A DNA stretch of 64,000 nt from Vampirovibrio chlorellavorus (GCA_001858525.1 LAPX01000001.1:70307-134306); one strand, 5' to 3'; shown: positions 26,774 through 36,465, counted from the first letter of the stretch. The notes: a model not told the origin generated them from the sequence alone. Program-made: numbers and translations.

Positions 26774-29700
26774 CTACAACTGGGGGCTGGCCTGATCCAC
26801 TTTTTTAACCTGGGCCATATGCCGCAAATCCAGCCAGATGCCTTTGGCCTTGAGGAAAAATTCCACACTACGGGTCAGAAACTTGCGACTGAGATCGGCA
26901 GGCATATCCTGGGCCAGGGCCTTATACAGCTGACCAATCTCAAAAGCGCAAGCCGCTATCAAGGGCTGCCAACGGGCCTGAACCACCTGAGGCCACAAGG
27001 GTTCCAGCACCTTGCCAGCCTCTTTGGGTTGCCCCTTGGCCAGCAAAGCCCGCGCACACAACAGGGATAACTGAATCACTTCATACTGGTTCTGGATATC
27101 GGGTTTTTTGGCCACATCCAACGCCTTTAAGGCAATTTCATAGGCCACATCCAGATTATCCAGCGACAATTCAAACTCAGCCAGAAACCGCCAGCCCACC
27201 AGCGCCGTGGAGGCAAATCGGTACTCCGAACTCAAGCCAATGGCCTGCTCCATTAACTGGCGGCCTTCCCGAATTTTGCCCATACGCCCGGTAATATACC
27301 CCGCATAGGCCTGAGACAGCACCCAGGTGTGATAATCCCGAGCCGCTTCCGCTTTGGACATAACCGTTAACACCAACTGGGAGGCGCTGGTCCAATCCTC
27401 CTGCTCGCAATGGTACATAATGGCCAATAAACCCCATTGGGCTAAAAACCAGTCAGAATCCGGCATTTGCTCAATGGCGTTGAGCAAACTGTCCGCTTCC
27501 CGGTTGCAGCTTTCAAAATGACCGTTGCGCAAATGCACCTGGGCCATAACCAAACGCAGAGCAATTCCCAGTCCCTCCTGGCCAGCCGATGCGGCTTGCT
27601 GCTGAGTGGATTCCAGCTCAAACAGAGCCGAGGGATCGCATTGGGCCAGTAAAATCTGAGCCTTGACCAAGCGAGCCTGCATAAAGGCTTCCATAAAATC
27701 CGGATGACTGGCCCCGTGCAACTGAACCACCGGTTCCAGAATTTTTTCCATAATCTCCCGGGCCTGATTCAGTCGACCCAGCGTGTAGAGATATTCCATA
27801 CGGTTGATTTGCAGAGAGGCCGCTTCCAGCGGATAAGCAGCAGTATCAATCAGCGACAGCGATTTTTCCAGCGTAGCCAGGGCCTGAGTGTAATCTCCGC
27901 CATTCTCGTAGGCGGATGCCAGAAAACCCAGTGGCTCCAATTGCTTAATCGCGTCGCCTTCCTGCTGGCGGGCCTCACAAACCCACTCCAGTAAACAAAC
28001 CGCAAAGTCGGCATCCTCTTCCATATTGAGGGCACCGGCACTTTCCAGCATACGCAGGGCCAGCTCCTGATGCTGGGCAGTGGCCTCTTCCGATTGGGCC
28101 ATCAGAGAAAGGGCATGAAACAAGGCCGTGTTTAAACCCGTCAGCGAGCCCACCTGACCACAGTAGATGCCGGTCAAATTCCAATAGGTAATAGCCCGGT
28201 TCAGCAAGTGCCCCTGTTGGGAGTGGTGAGCAATCAGGGCGGCTGGCACGGTGAGCCCCCGGTTGAAATCGCCTTCCAGGGCTTCACTGATCAGCTGGTG
28301 CATTTGCTCCCGAAGCTCATCCTCAATACCGGCGTAAACCACCGACCATAAAATACCGTGACGAAAACGCCCACTGTTGGCCGCATCTGGAATCAGGAAG
28401 CCGTGGTTAAACAACAGGGTCAAGGCCTCATTAAAGGCATCTTCATCCATTTGGGCCAGTGTGAACAGCAGGTTGACCGCAAATTTTTCACCCAAAATAC
28501 TGGCCAGTTGTAACAGGTACAAGCTCTGCTCGCTGAGGAAGGACAAGCGTTCGGCAATGACCTCGGGGAGTTGATCGGACAAACTTAAATCAGCGGGGTT
28601 AAAGTCCTCATTCACCAAAAATTTGCCCGTGTTGGGGTCCACAACCAAGGCTTCTTTCAGGTGCATCAGGCGCAAGGCCTCTTCCAGGTATAACGGCAAC
28701 CCTTTGGCCTGACGGGTCAACAGCCCCGTCCACTGGGAGGGCAACTGGGACAACTGTCCGCCCAAAGGCCCGTCATCCAGAAAACGCTCCATAGCGGGCA
28801 CATCCAGACGACTCACCACCCATTCATGATAAGCCGCTTTCTGGAGACATTCTGCCAGACGACCTTCGGCATAACAGTCTCGGGGATGGGTTAACACCAG
28901 ATAGACGGGCAATTGGAGCAAACCCGCCTCCAGCAACTGTGCCAGTAAATCCAGACTGGGCTGGTCCGCGTAATTTAAATCTTCAAACACCAGAATGAGC
29001 GGGCGCTTGGTGGTGATGGTCTTGAAAAAGCCCATAAAGAACGTTTCTATCCGCCCCATAAAATTCCGGGTTTCCACGCCCAAGGGTTGGGGTGGCTGCA
29101 CCAGCAGAAAATCCTGCAAAAAAGCCACCACATCCGGCGGTGGGCTACCCTCATAAACATAATCCAGAAACTTGTCCAGTGCCTGACGCACATCCGGCGA
29201 GGGGTGCCCTTCAAAAACCAGACTCAGAAGGTTCTGAAGCAATTCTACCCAATATAGCAAGGGCAAGCCGGGCGGGTGGAAGCAGCGGTAATTGGAACCG
29301 CCCATCCAGATGCCCCGCTGATTTTCCGGATCGGCTTGGGCACGGGCCATATGTACGATACTAGACTTCCCCAAGCCGTCATCCGCAGACAATGAGAGGA
29401 TTTTACCCTTTAGCCCCACAGGATTCTGGGATAGAAAGCTGGTAAAATCTGCGCTTAAGGCTTCCACCGCATCGTTGTAGGTGGTGTTTTCCGGTCTCAA
29501 AGATTTCAAGACCATCAGTGCAGGCGCGTGATAGGTTGGGAACATGGATTTTGGCGCTTTAGCCTCAGGAATAGGCTGCTCTTCCAGCTCGGGGGGTAGG
29601 GGTAAAGCCACCGCCGCCGGGGCGTTCAGATCCACTGGGCCTTCCTGCGAGGGTATTGCTGGAGGTGGGGCCACTTCCCGCTGAGGGCTTGGAGCCGGTT

Positions 29701-30616
29701 CCGTTGTAATGGCCGCAGGGGTTGGAGCAGCAATGGAGACGGTCGGTTGAGCCGCTGGGGTCATCGGTGCCGCTGAAGGCAGGGTCAGCCGATAAAATAG
29801 CAGACTGCGATTGCCAACCGACACCGGGCCCACTGGCGCGAAGGGATAGAGGGTCTGCAATCGATCATACACACGCTGACTGACCGTTAAAGTCCCAGCC
29901 TCTCCCACGGAACGTTCCAGCGTAGAGGTCAGCGGATTGCGGGCCTGGGCCAGTTCCAAATCCAGGCCCATTCTCAGTTGCAGGGTGTTGGGTCCCAATC
30001 GGTATACTTGGCTCAGCAAGCGCTTGGCCACTTCCACTGCTTTTTTCAAGGAGGCTTCCGGTGAACTTTCATGGCGAAATGAGGCGAACAGCACCCGGTT
30101 TTTACTGGCGTTGATTTGCCCGCCTACGGCGTGAATGTGCTCGGCGATGGCCGTCATCACTTCGGATTGATAAGCCTGCAAAGCTTGCGGATCGGGCGAT
30201 TCTGCCAGTGCCTGCTGCCAGTTGGCCACTTCCAGCGAAACCAGCGCATAGGCCTCCAAAGCGCTAGCGCCAGACGATTGAGGCACCGTTGGGGAGGCGG
30301 TCCTGGCCTGAGCCATGGGATTGGATTGAGCCATTGGCTTAGCCGTTTCAGTCATTGGTGTTTCCACGGCGGCCATCCCTGAAGGGGCTTCTGAGTGCTG
30401 AAACGCACTTACTGCGGCATCGACCAGCAGCTGCTTACCGCAACTGCCACAAAACTTTTGCTGCATCAAATTTTTGAAGCCACAATCGGGGCAATTGTTA
30501 TTAAGCCGATTGGCGCAATGCCCGCAGAAAATACTGTCTTCTGAATTGTAATTGCCGCACTTACCGCAAGGCTGCATCCAACACCCTCTCTGGCACCCTC
30601 TCTGGAGGACAGACAA
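26774..30616 (-). CDS. Multidomain signalling NTPase: N-terminal double zinc ribbon, degenerate class-III cyclase-like domain, Pro/Ala-rich linker, AAA_16/STAND-type ATPase and C-terminal TPR array. The probable start is the internal MQPCGKCG.
   Basis: CGKCG/CGHC/CPDCG/CGSCG ribbons. Cyclase-like block YALVSLEVANWQ...NRVLFASF...LRMGLDLE lacks the canonical Asp / GD residues. Walker A DDGLGKSS, Walker B LILVFEDLNYAD. Many TPR-like helices in the C-terminal ~600 aa. Confidence 0.75.
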   Translation of the reverse strand: MSVLQRGCQRGCWMQPCGKCGNYNSEDSIFCGHCANRLNNNCPDCGFKNLMQQKFCGSCGKQLLVDAAVSAFQHSEAPSGMAAVETPMTETAKPMAQSNPMAQARTASPTVPQSSGASALEAYALVSLEVANWQQALAESPDPQALQAYQSEVMTAIAEHIHAVGGQINASKNRVLFASFRHESSPEASLKKAVEVAKRLLSQVYRLGPNTLQLRMGLDLELAQARNPLTSTLERSVGEAGTLTVSQRVYDRLQTLYPFAPVGPVSVGNRSLLFYRLTLPSAAPMTPAAQPTVSIAAPTPAAITTEPAPSPQREVAPPPAIPSQEGPVDLNAPAAVALPLPPELEEQPIPEAKAPKSMFPTYHAPALMVLKSLRPENTTYNDAVEALSADFTSFLSQNPVGLKGKILSLSADDGLGKSSIVHMARAQADPENQRGIWMGGSNYRCFHPPGLPLLYWVELLQNLLSLVFEGHPSPDVRQALDKFLDYVYEGSPPPDVVAFLQDFLLVQPPQPLGVETRNFMGRIETFFMGFFKTITTKRPLILVFEDLNYADQPSLDLLAQLLEAGLLQLPVYLVLTHPRDCYAEGRLAECLQKAAYHEWVVSRLDVPAMERFLDDGPLGGQLSQLPSQWTGLLTRQAKGLPLYLEEALRLMHLKEALVVDPNTGKFLVNEDFNPADLSLSDQLPEVIAERLSFLSEQSLYLLQLASILGEKFAVNLLFTLAQMDEDAFNEALTLLFNHGFLIPDAANSGRFRHGILWSVVYAGIEDELREQMHQLISEALEGDFNRGLTVPAALIAHHSQQGHLLNRAITYWNLTGIYCGQVGSLTGLNTALFHALSLMAQSEEATAQHQELALRMLESAGALNMEEDADFAVCLLEWVCEARQQEGDAIKQLEPLGFLASAYENGGDYTQALATLEKSLSLIDTAAYPLEAASLQINRMEYLYTLGRLNQAREIMEKILEPVVQLHGASHPDFMEAFMQARLVKAQILLAQCDPSALFELESTQQQAASAGQEGLGIALRLVMAQVHLRNGHFESCNREADSLLNAIEQMPDSDWFLAQWGLLAIMYHCEQEDWTSASQLVLTVMSKAEAARDYHTWVLSQAYAGYITGRMGKIREGRQLMEQAIGLSSEYRFASTALVGWRFLAEFELSLDNLDVAYEIALKALDVAKKPDIQNQYEVIQLSLLCARALLAKGQPKEAGKVLEPLWPQVVQARWQPLIAACAFEIGQLYKALAQDMPADLSRKFLTRSVEFFLKAKGIWLDLRHMAQVKKVDQASPQL

Positions 30617-30758
30617 ACGCTCTCTATCTATGAAAAACCAGTATAGCGTAATTCCACAGAATAGAGGTAAACGCCGAGAGAAGGGGTTACAAAACTATAG
30701 GAATACCAAAAACAGTCCAAGCGAAGCGGCGCCCGCGTTTGTGGAGCGAGAAGACAGG

Positions 30759-31727
30759 TTAGACCAATATTTTTTGCCAGTTTTGTTCAGCTTTTTCAAA
30801 CAAAAAACCCACCAGGGCATCGTTGGTCTGCTCCATCACCGAAACGGCCCTTACGGGCGTGGGCTCTGCGGAAATCAAATCAGCAGCCTGCAGCGGGGTC
30901 AGGGGACCCAGCGGAAAGGCCCTCAAAAACAACTCACTGGAAAGCCCGAACACCCCCTGCCCCAAACAAGCTTCCTCCAGAGGATGGCCCATGGACGTCA
31001 GCGCCTGGGCAATCAAAGCTTCTATCGGGTTTTTCGACCCAACGTAAGCGGCCAAGATTTGTAACAGGGCCGGTCGCATCAGTAAGCCCGGCAGGGACTC
31101 CTTCACCCAGAAATCCCCTTCATCCACCAGCCATTGACTGGTTTTGAAAATCATTTTTTTGAATTTAAAGACATTTTCTGAATCGGACAAGCAGTGGTTA
31201 TACACAATCCGATCACAAGGAATTTCATCCATGGTCAGGGCGTTGCCTTGCACGAAACGAATATTGCCACGGCGTCCCACCGTGCCTTGGGCTTTTTCAA
31301 TTTTGCGGGCATCGGTATCTATGCCCACGATTTCCACCTCAGGCATCAACAGGGCCATCAAATTGGTAAAGGTGCCATCGCCACAACCAATTTCCACAAT
31401 ACGTCTCAAGCCAGGGCCGGATGACTGTAGAAATTGAGCAGGCACCAATGCCCCATTAAACCATTGCTGTGGTACCCAGTTTGAAAAATGCAGCCGGTCA
31501 TAAAGTTTTCCGGCCAACTGAGCCGCCAGCCGCTGGATATCCGACCATTGCTCCAGGCTTGTTCTGGATGATGCCATCTCTTGTTCAGGCATTGCCGGCT
31601 TGGACCCATTACTTTCAGCCATGACTTGCCGGATACTAATCGCCATACACACTCCCAAACACTGATCCAACTTGTGCACCGTATTGGGGAAATCATAACA
31701 ATTGCGGCCCGTGCAAGGCTCCCCCAA
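30759..31727 (-). CDS. Class I SAM-dependent methyltransferase. The start is probably an internal Met.
   Basis: Motif I VEIGCGDGTFT. Confidence 0.7.
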   Translation of the reverse strand: MGEPCTGRNCYDFPNTVHKLDQCLGVCMAISIRQVMAESNGSKPAMPEQEMASSRTSLEQWSDIQRLAAQLAGKLYDRLHFSNWVPQQWFNGALVPAQFLQSSGPGLRRIVEIGCGDGTFTNLMALLMPEVEIVGIDTDARKIEKAQGTVGRRGNIRFVQGNALTMDEIPCDRIVYNHCLSDSENVFKFKKMIFKTSQWLVDEGDFWVKESLPGLLMRPALLQILAAYVGSKNPIEALIAQALTSMGHPLEEACLGQGVFGLSSELFLRAFPLGPLTPLQAADLISAEPTPVRAVSVMEQTNDALVGFLFEKAEQNWQKILV

Positions 31728-31775
31728 ATACAGGAACTCGCCAACAGAGGCTCAGGCAAAGGGCTAGAGCAAATT

Positions 31776-33191
31776 TTAAAACACGTGAACTTTGCGATCG
31801 GCGGGATTGAGGAATCGGGTAATGCTGTTGCGGAACAACAGGGAAATCTCCCCCACCGCACCATTCCGGTGCTTGGCGATGATGATATCGGCCGTGCCCG
31901 GTCGCTCACTGTCCTTGTTGTAGTATTCATCCCGGTAGATAAACATAACTAGGTCGGCGTCCTGCTCAATGGCGCCGGATTCCCGCAAGTCGCTGAGCAT
32001 AGGCTTTTTGTCCTGACGGCTTTCCACCGCCCGGGACAACTGGGACAAGGCCATCACCGGCACTTTTAACTCCCTTGCCAAGCCCTTCAAGCCTCGGGAG
32101 ATGGCTGAAATTTCCTGGGTGCGGTTGGCATCAGAGCCCCCACCGCCGCCCGGCCCTTGCATCAACTGCAAATAGTCGATGACGATCAGGCCCAAATCCC
32201 CGCCGGATTCCATTTGCACTTTGCGGGCCTTGGCTCGCATCTCCATAACCGTCATACCGGGGGTGTCATCGATGTAAATCGGGGCATCGCCCAGCTTGCC
32301 CATGGCCTGGGTCAGCTTGGGGAACTCATGCTCACTGATTTCACCGGTTTTAATCTTTTGAGCGTCAATTTCCGCTTCGGCGCACAACATCCGCAACACC
32401 AACTGCTCTTTACCCATCTCCAAACTGAAGACCAGCACCGGCCGTTGCTCTCGCAGGGCCACGTGACTGACGATGTTCAAACAAAAAGCGGTTTTACCCA
32501 TGGACGGTCGGGCGGCCAGAATGATCAAATCGGATTTTTGCAAACCGGAGGTGTAGTTATCCAGGTCGTAAAACCCGGTGGAAACCCCCATCAAGCTGCC
32601 TTTATTGGCGCAACGCTCCTCAATCTGCTCCCAGGATTCCGGCAAAATATCCTTAATGTGGGTCAAATCGTTAGGAATGCCATGCTGGGCCAATTGGAAA
32701 ATACTCTGCTGGGCCATATCAATGGCCTGCTCGGCGTCGTTGGTCTCATAACAGTGGCTGGCAATCTCGTTGCCCGCCGTAATCAGGGAGCGCAATAAGC
32801 CCTTGTTACGGATAATCTTAGAGTAATAAACGATGTTTTCCGCCGTGGCCACGGACATGGCCAAATCCATCAGGTAAGGGCGGCCTCCAGCGGCCTCCAA
32901 TACCCCTTTGTCGCTCATCATTTCCGAGACCGTAATGATGTCGATGGGCTCGCTCTTGTTGTAAAGCTCGGTCATGGCCTCAAAAATATGCTTGTGAGGC
33001 CCCCGGTAAAAGTCATCCGGGCGAATCAGCTCAATAATTTTGTTGAAAGCGTCTGGGGAAAAGAGAATCCCACCCAACACCGATTGCTCCGCTTCCACGC
33101 TGTGGGGCGGCAATAAGCTTTCTACCAAAGCCAAACTGGGATCATCCACGGCGTTGCTGTAATTGGACGGGTAATTCCGTTTGGTGGCCAT
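31776..33191 (-). CDS. dnaB: Replicative DNA helicase DnaB.
   Basis: DnaB N-terminal domain plus RecA-like core (ILAARPSMGKTAF, Walker B LIVIDYLQLM). Confidence 0.95.
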   Translation of the reverse strand: MATKRNYPSNYSNAVDDPSLALVESLLPPHSVEAEQSVLGGILFSPDAFNKIIELIRPDDFYRGPHKHIFEAMTELYNKSEPIDIITVSEMMSDKGVLEAAGGRPYLMDLAMSVATAENIVYYSKIIRNKGLLRSLITAGNEIASHCYETNDAEQAIDMAQQSIFQLAQHGIPNDLTHIKDILPESWEQIEERCANKGSLMGVSTGFYDLDNYTSGLQKSDLIILAARPSMGKTAFCLNIVSHVALREQRPVLVFSLEMGKEQLVLRMLCAEAEIDAQKIKTGEISEHEFPKLTQAMGKLGDAPIYIDDTPGMTVMEMRAKARKVQMESGGDLGLIVIDYLQLMQGPGGGGGSDANRTQEISAISRGLKGLARELKVPVMALSQLSRAVESRQDKKPMLSDLRESGAIEQDADLVMFIYRDEYYNKDSERPGTADIIIAKHRNGAVGEISLLFRNSITRFLNPADRKVHVF

Positions 33192-33428
33192 AAAACCTGA
33201 CTCTCTTTAAGCTGAAATAACGCTGGGCTGTGGGAAGAACTACAGGATGAATTGCCCGCCAGGCGACGCACCATGCCAACTCTTTTTAAATTCTGGAAAA
33301 GCCGTTGGGTCTTCTTACGTAACGGGGCAAAACCCGTAATGCTCTGTTTACCATCATAGCAAAATGAAGGGGGCTAAACCGAATACGAGGATCATAGTTT
33401 TTACACAACACACATCCGGTACCCAGGG

Positions 33429-33600
33429 AAAATTCGCTTTAGGGGAGGCTGTCTTCACAGCCTGTTTACAAAACTGCGTGCAGCTCGGACAAGTCTAATG
33501 AACTGCTTTGGGCAAAGTGACCCAAGCCCCTACTTTTAATTCGCTGTACTCATACAGTTGTAAACGAGTTGCGAAGACAGCCTCCCCTAAAGCAAATTTT
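33429..33600. repeat. Long inverted repeat (21-bp perfect core GCTTTAGGGGAGGCTGTCTTC, extendable to ~28 bp and further with mismatches) flanking a ~115-bp core. MITE-like.
   Basis: Perfect arms at 33436..33456 and 33573..33593. Intergenic, upstream of the ArsC-like gene. Confidence 0.5.
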
Positions 33601-33771
33601 TCGGCAAGGCGTTGCCAACTGTGCAGGGGGTTCCCTCTGTTATAGAATGCGAGAATCCTATCCTCATCGTCTGCTGAAGTCATTTTGTCGCCGCGTTTTT
33701 GACAAAAACTCAGCCCGGTGTCTCTGTTTGACCCCATGTCTCTGTTTGATTTACGAAAAAGGATTTTTCCC

Positions 33772-34137
33772 ATGCCCAAACTGGAAATTGAACAAGTGTA
33801 CTGGCTTCCCTATTGCAGTACCTGCGTTAAAGCCGATCAGTACCTGAAGGACAAGGGCGCCACTGTCAAGCAATACATCAACGTGAAGGAAGAACCGGTT
33901 TCCATTGAAACCTTGAAAACCCTCTGCGAGCGGATGGGCGGGGTAGATAAATTGTTCTCCAAGCGGGCCATGAAGTACCGGGCCTGGGGCTTAAACGAAA
34001 AAGAACTCTCCGATGAGGAAATGCTGAAGTACATGCACGAGGAGTACACCTTTATTAAACGCCCCGTGGTGGTGACCAAGGACAAGCAGGTCTTGGCCGG
34101 TTTTTCCGCCAAGCAATACGATCAGTTATTCCAGTAA
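33772..34137 (+). CDS. ArsC/Spx/YffB-family thioredoxin-fold protein (N-terminal CxxC).
   Basis: MPKLEIEQVYWLPYCSTCVKA...IKRPVVV fold pattern. AAGGA ribosome-binding site upstream of this Met. The longer ORF starts in a 16-bp tandem duplication. Confidence 0.7.
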   Translation: MPKLEIEQVYWLPYCSTCVKADQYLKDKGATVKQYINVKEEPVSIETLKTLCERMGGVDKLFSKRAMKYRAWGLNEKELSDEEMLKYMHEEYTFIKRPVVVTKDKQVLAGFSAKQYDQLFQ

Positions 34138-34167
34138 GCGCCCCCGGATCGGCAGGCTGGCCCGGGG

Positions 34168-34398
34168 CTACATAGCGCTGACCGGCTCACGGAAAAAATA
34201 GGCCCAGCATTTAATGCCGCCGCAATCTTTGCACACGGCAAACTGGTTCATAAACATCAAATCGGCAATAAACTCCTGCTCACCAACGGTTACGACCACC
34301 TCGTTAAACGGGTTGGCAGAAACGGTCACCTGACCTTGCACATTTGCCTGAAGTACCAGCTGAAATTCCGTACCCTGACATTGTTTACACTTAAACAT
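34168..34398 (-). CDS. Small zinc-ribbon protein (CKQC...CKDCGG), ~76 aa from the internal Met that has a GAGGAAG ribosome-binding site.
   Basis: Two Cys pairs. Ribosome-binding-site spacing favours the MFKCKQC start. Confidence 0.4.
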   Translation of the reverse strand: MFKCKQCQGTEFQLVLQANVQGQVTVSANPFNEVVVTVGEQEFIADLMFMNQFAVCKDCGGIKCWAYFFREPVSAM

Positions 34399-34575
34399 GC
34401 TCACTTCCTCTGCCAGACCTTTGGCCATACCCCCCGCAGCCCGGTCTGATTCTCTCTGTTTGCTCCCTCTGTATTACGCCCATGGGGGTGAATTATTGGA
34501 ATCGAACATCACACGCTTCTATGATACCCTTTTAGCGGTTAATGCATAGAAAAAACAACAGTTATTTTACAAAAT

Positions 34576-35766
34576 ATGACAGAAGTAATCGCGCTACTCG
34601 GCTCCACCGGCTCTATCGGCACCCAGGTGCTGGATGTGGTTCGTCGCCTGCCGGAACGGTTTCAGGTCAAAGTTTTGGGCGCCGGAAAAAATCTGGAACG
34701 ACTGGCCCAACAAGTGGCAGAATTTCGCCCGGAAGCCATTGCCATTCAGGACGAAACCGATCGACCCGCCTTGGTAAGCTTGCTCAAGGCACTGGCCCCC
34801 GAGTTTAACGGGGAGATTCTGACAGGAGCAGAGGGCTTGAACGCCCTGGCCTTGTGGCCCGGCGTGGACACCCTCATTGTTGGTCTGGTAGGCCTCATTG
34901 GACTGGAACCGTCTCTGTTGGCACTAAAAGAAGGCCGCAAGCTATTGACGGCCAATAAAGAAACCTTTGTCACCGGTGGACATTTGGTGCAGCCTTATTT
35001 GCCCCAAATTGTGCCCATCGACAGCGAGCATGTGGCCATCCACCAATGCCTGAAGCAGGAGCCGGTGCAGGCAGTCTCCAAATTGTACCTGACCGCTTCC
35101 GGGGGCCCATTCAGAACCCACACGTTGGCGCAGTTGAGCCAAGTCACCTTGCAAGAAGCTTTAAAGCATCCCAACTGGGTTATGGGCCGGAAAATCACCA
35201 TCGATTCGGCCACCATGATGAACAAAGGGCTGGAAATTATTGAAGCGCATTGGCTGTTTGGGGTGCCTTACCACCAAATTCAGGTGGTGGTTCACCCGGA
35301 AAGTATTATTCATAGCGGGGTGGCCTTTCAGGATGGTTCTATCCTAATGCAACTGGGGGCCCCCGATATGCACGGCCCCATCCAGTACGCCATGACCTAC
35401 CCCCAGCGCTTACCCAACCTGGAACCCACGGTGCATCTGGATTTGTTGACCTTATCCCGATTAAATCTGGAGCCACCGGATCTGGAGCGCTTCCCTTGTA
35501 TTGGGCTGGCTTATCAAGCTGGCAAGCTGGGCAGTGGGGCTACCTGCGTTCTGAATGGGGCCGATGAAATGGCCGTGCAATTATTTTTAGAAGGCAAAAT
35601 CGCCTTTGTGCATATCGCCCGCCTGCTGGAAGAGACCCTGAACGCCTACCAAAAGCTAGGGGCTGTCAGCCATCCAGACCTCAGCGAAATACAGGCGCTG
35701 GACCAATGGGCGCGTGAATCGGTTTGCCGATTGGCCGGTTTAACAGGCAGCCTGACCCAGATTTAA
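34576..35766 (+). CDS. dxr: 1-deoxy-D-xylulose 5-phosphate reductoisomerase.
   Basis: LGSTGSIGTQ NADPH motif. Full-length 396 aa. Confidence 0.95.
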   Translation: MTEVIALLGSTGSIGTQVLDVVRRLPERFQVKVLGAGKNLERLAQQVAEFRPEAIAIQDETDRPALVSLLKALAPEFNGEILTGAEGLNALALWPGVDTLIVGLVGLIGLEPSLLALKEGRKLLTANKETFVTGGHLVQPYLPQIVPIDSEHVAIHQCLKQEPVQAVSKLYLTASGGPFRTHTLAQLSQVTLQEALKHPNWVMGRKITIDSATMMNKGLEIIEAHWLFGVPYHQIQVVVHPESIIHSGVAFQDGSILMQLGAPDMHGPIQYAMTYPQRLPNLEPTVHLDLLTLSRLNLEPPDLERFPCIGLAYQAGKLGSGATCVLNGADEMAVQLFLEGKIAFVHIARLLEETLNAYQKLGAVSHPDLSEIQALDQWARESVCRLAGLTGSLTQI

Positions 35767-35785
35767 GCGCAGCCTTGTTTTTTTC

Positions 35786-35935
35786 AGGTGAGGTTGCCCC
35801 CCACAACCGATTTCTAAAACTGCGTGCAGTTCAACTAAACCCTCAAGACACCTAAGGCAAGGCCTCTGAGCCCTCTTTTTTTATCTCAATGCACTTCAAA
35901 CAGTTAGAAATCGATTGTGGGGGGCAACCTCACCT
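35786..35935. repeat. 31-bp inverted repeat (one mismatch) flanking an 88-bp core, bounded by T/A runs. MITE-like, or a bidirectional terminator downstream of dxr.
   Basis: AGGTGAGGTTGCCCCCCACAACCGATTTCTA at 35786..35816 versus its reverse complement at 35905..35935. TTTTTTT precedes it and TTTTT follows it. Confidence 0.5.
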
Positions 35936-36344
35936 TTTTACAAGGCGTGACACTTGCCCGGGTCTGGCTCATCCTCCGTTTGGGGGAGCACTTTTCTGAT
36001 TTCTATTTAAATTTGAGGCACTAAGCCAATCAAACCGCTGCCGTGGAAAATTCCAGCTGGCAAGGCCTTTCCGGTTTTGCCATTCCACAAGTGGATGAAT
36101 TTTTCAAAAACAAAATAACTCAATGGTTGTAAAAACAAAAAAGACGTATAATAAGTCTTGTAAATGTATACCCCTTCGATTGGCCGGACTTTTTTCGTAA
36201 AAGTCCGGTTTTACTTTTAGGTCAAAATTCAAATCTTTCAAAGATTTGAATTGAATCGCTACAGTACCCTGCCAATCTAACGCCTCTTTTCGAATGCATC
36301 GCTTCTTCTTGTAAAAACTCTTGGAAATAATTAGCCACTCTGTG

Positions 36345-36463
36345 CAATCTGTCATTCCCGCGTAAGCGGGAATCCAGTTTCAACAAAGACTAGCTTTAAC
36401 CAAAACAATGAATATAGACATAATCTCGCCCTGGATTCCCGCCTACGCGGGAATGACAGATTG
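36345..36463. repeat. 33-bp inverted repeat (one mismatch) flanking a 53-bp AT-rich core. Each arm itself contains a small hairpin (TTCCCGC-GTAA-GCGGGAA). REP/MITE-like.
   Basis: Arms at 36345..36377 and 36431..36463. Confidence 0.5.
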
Positions 36464-36465
36464 AA

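Noticed and set aside
31406-31930. 174-aa minus-strand ORF.
   Set aside because: Overlaps the dnaB 3' end and the methyltransferase 5' end in another frame. Cannot be a real gene.
33459-35835. Shared 14-17-mer AAAACTGCGTGCAG(C/T)TC inside two different inverted-repeat elements, considered as evidence of one MITE family.
   Set aside because: Only partly accepted. A 14-mer coincidence in 64 kb is expected by chance a few times, and the flanking inverted repeats are unrelated in sequence. The claim needs a genome-wide copy search.
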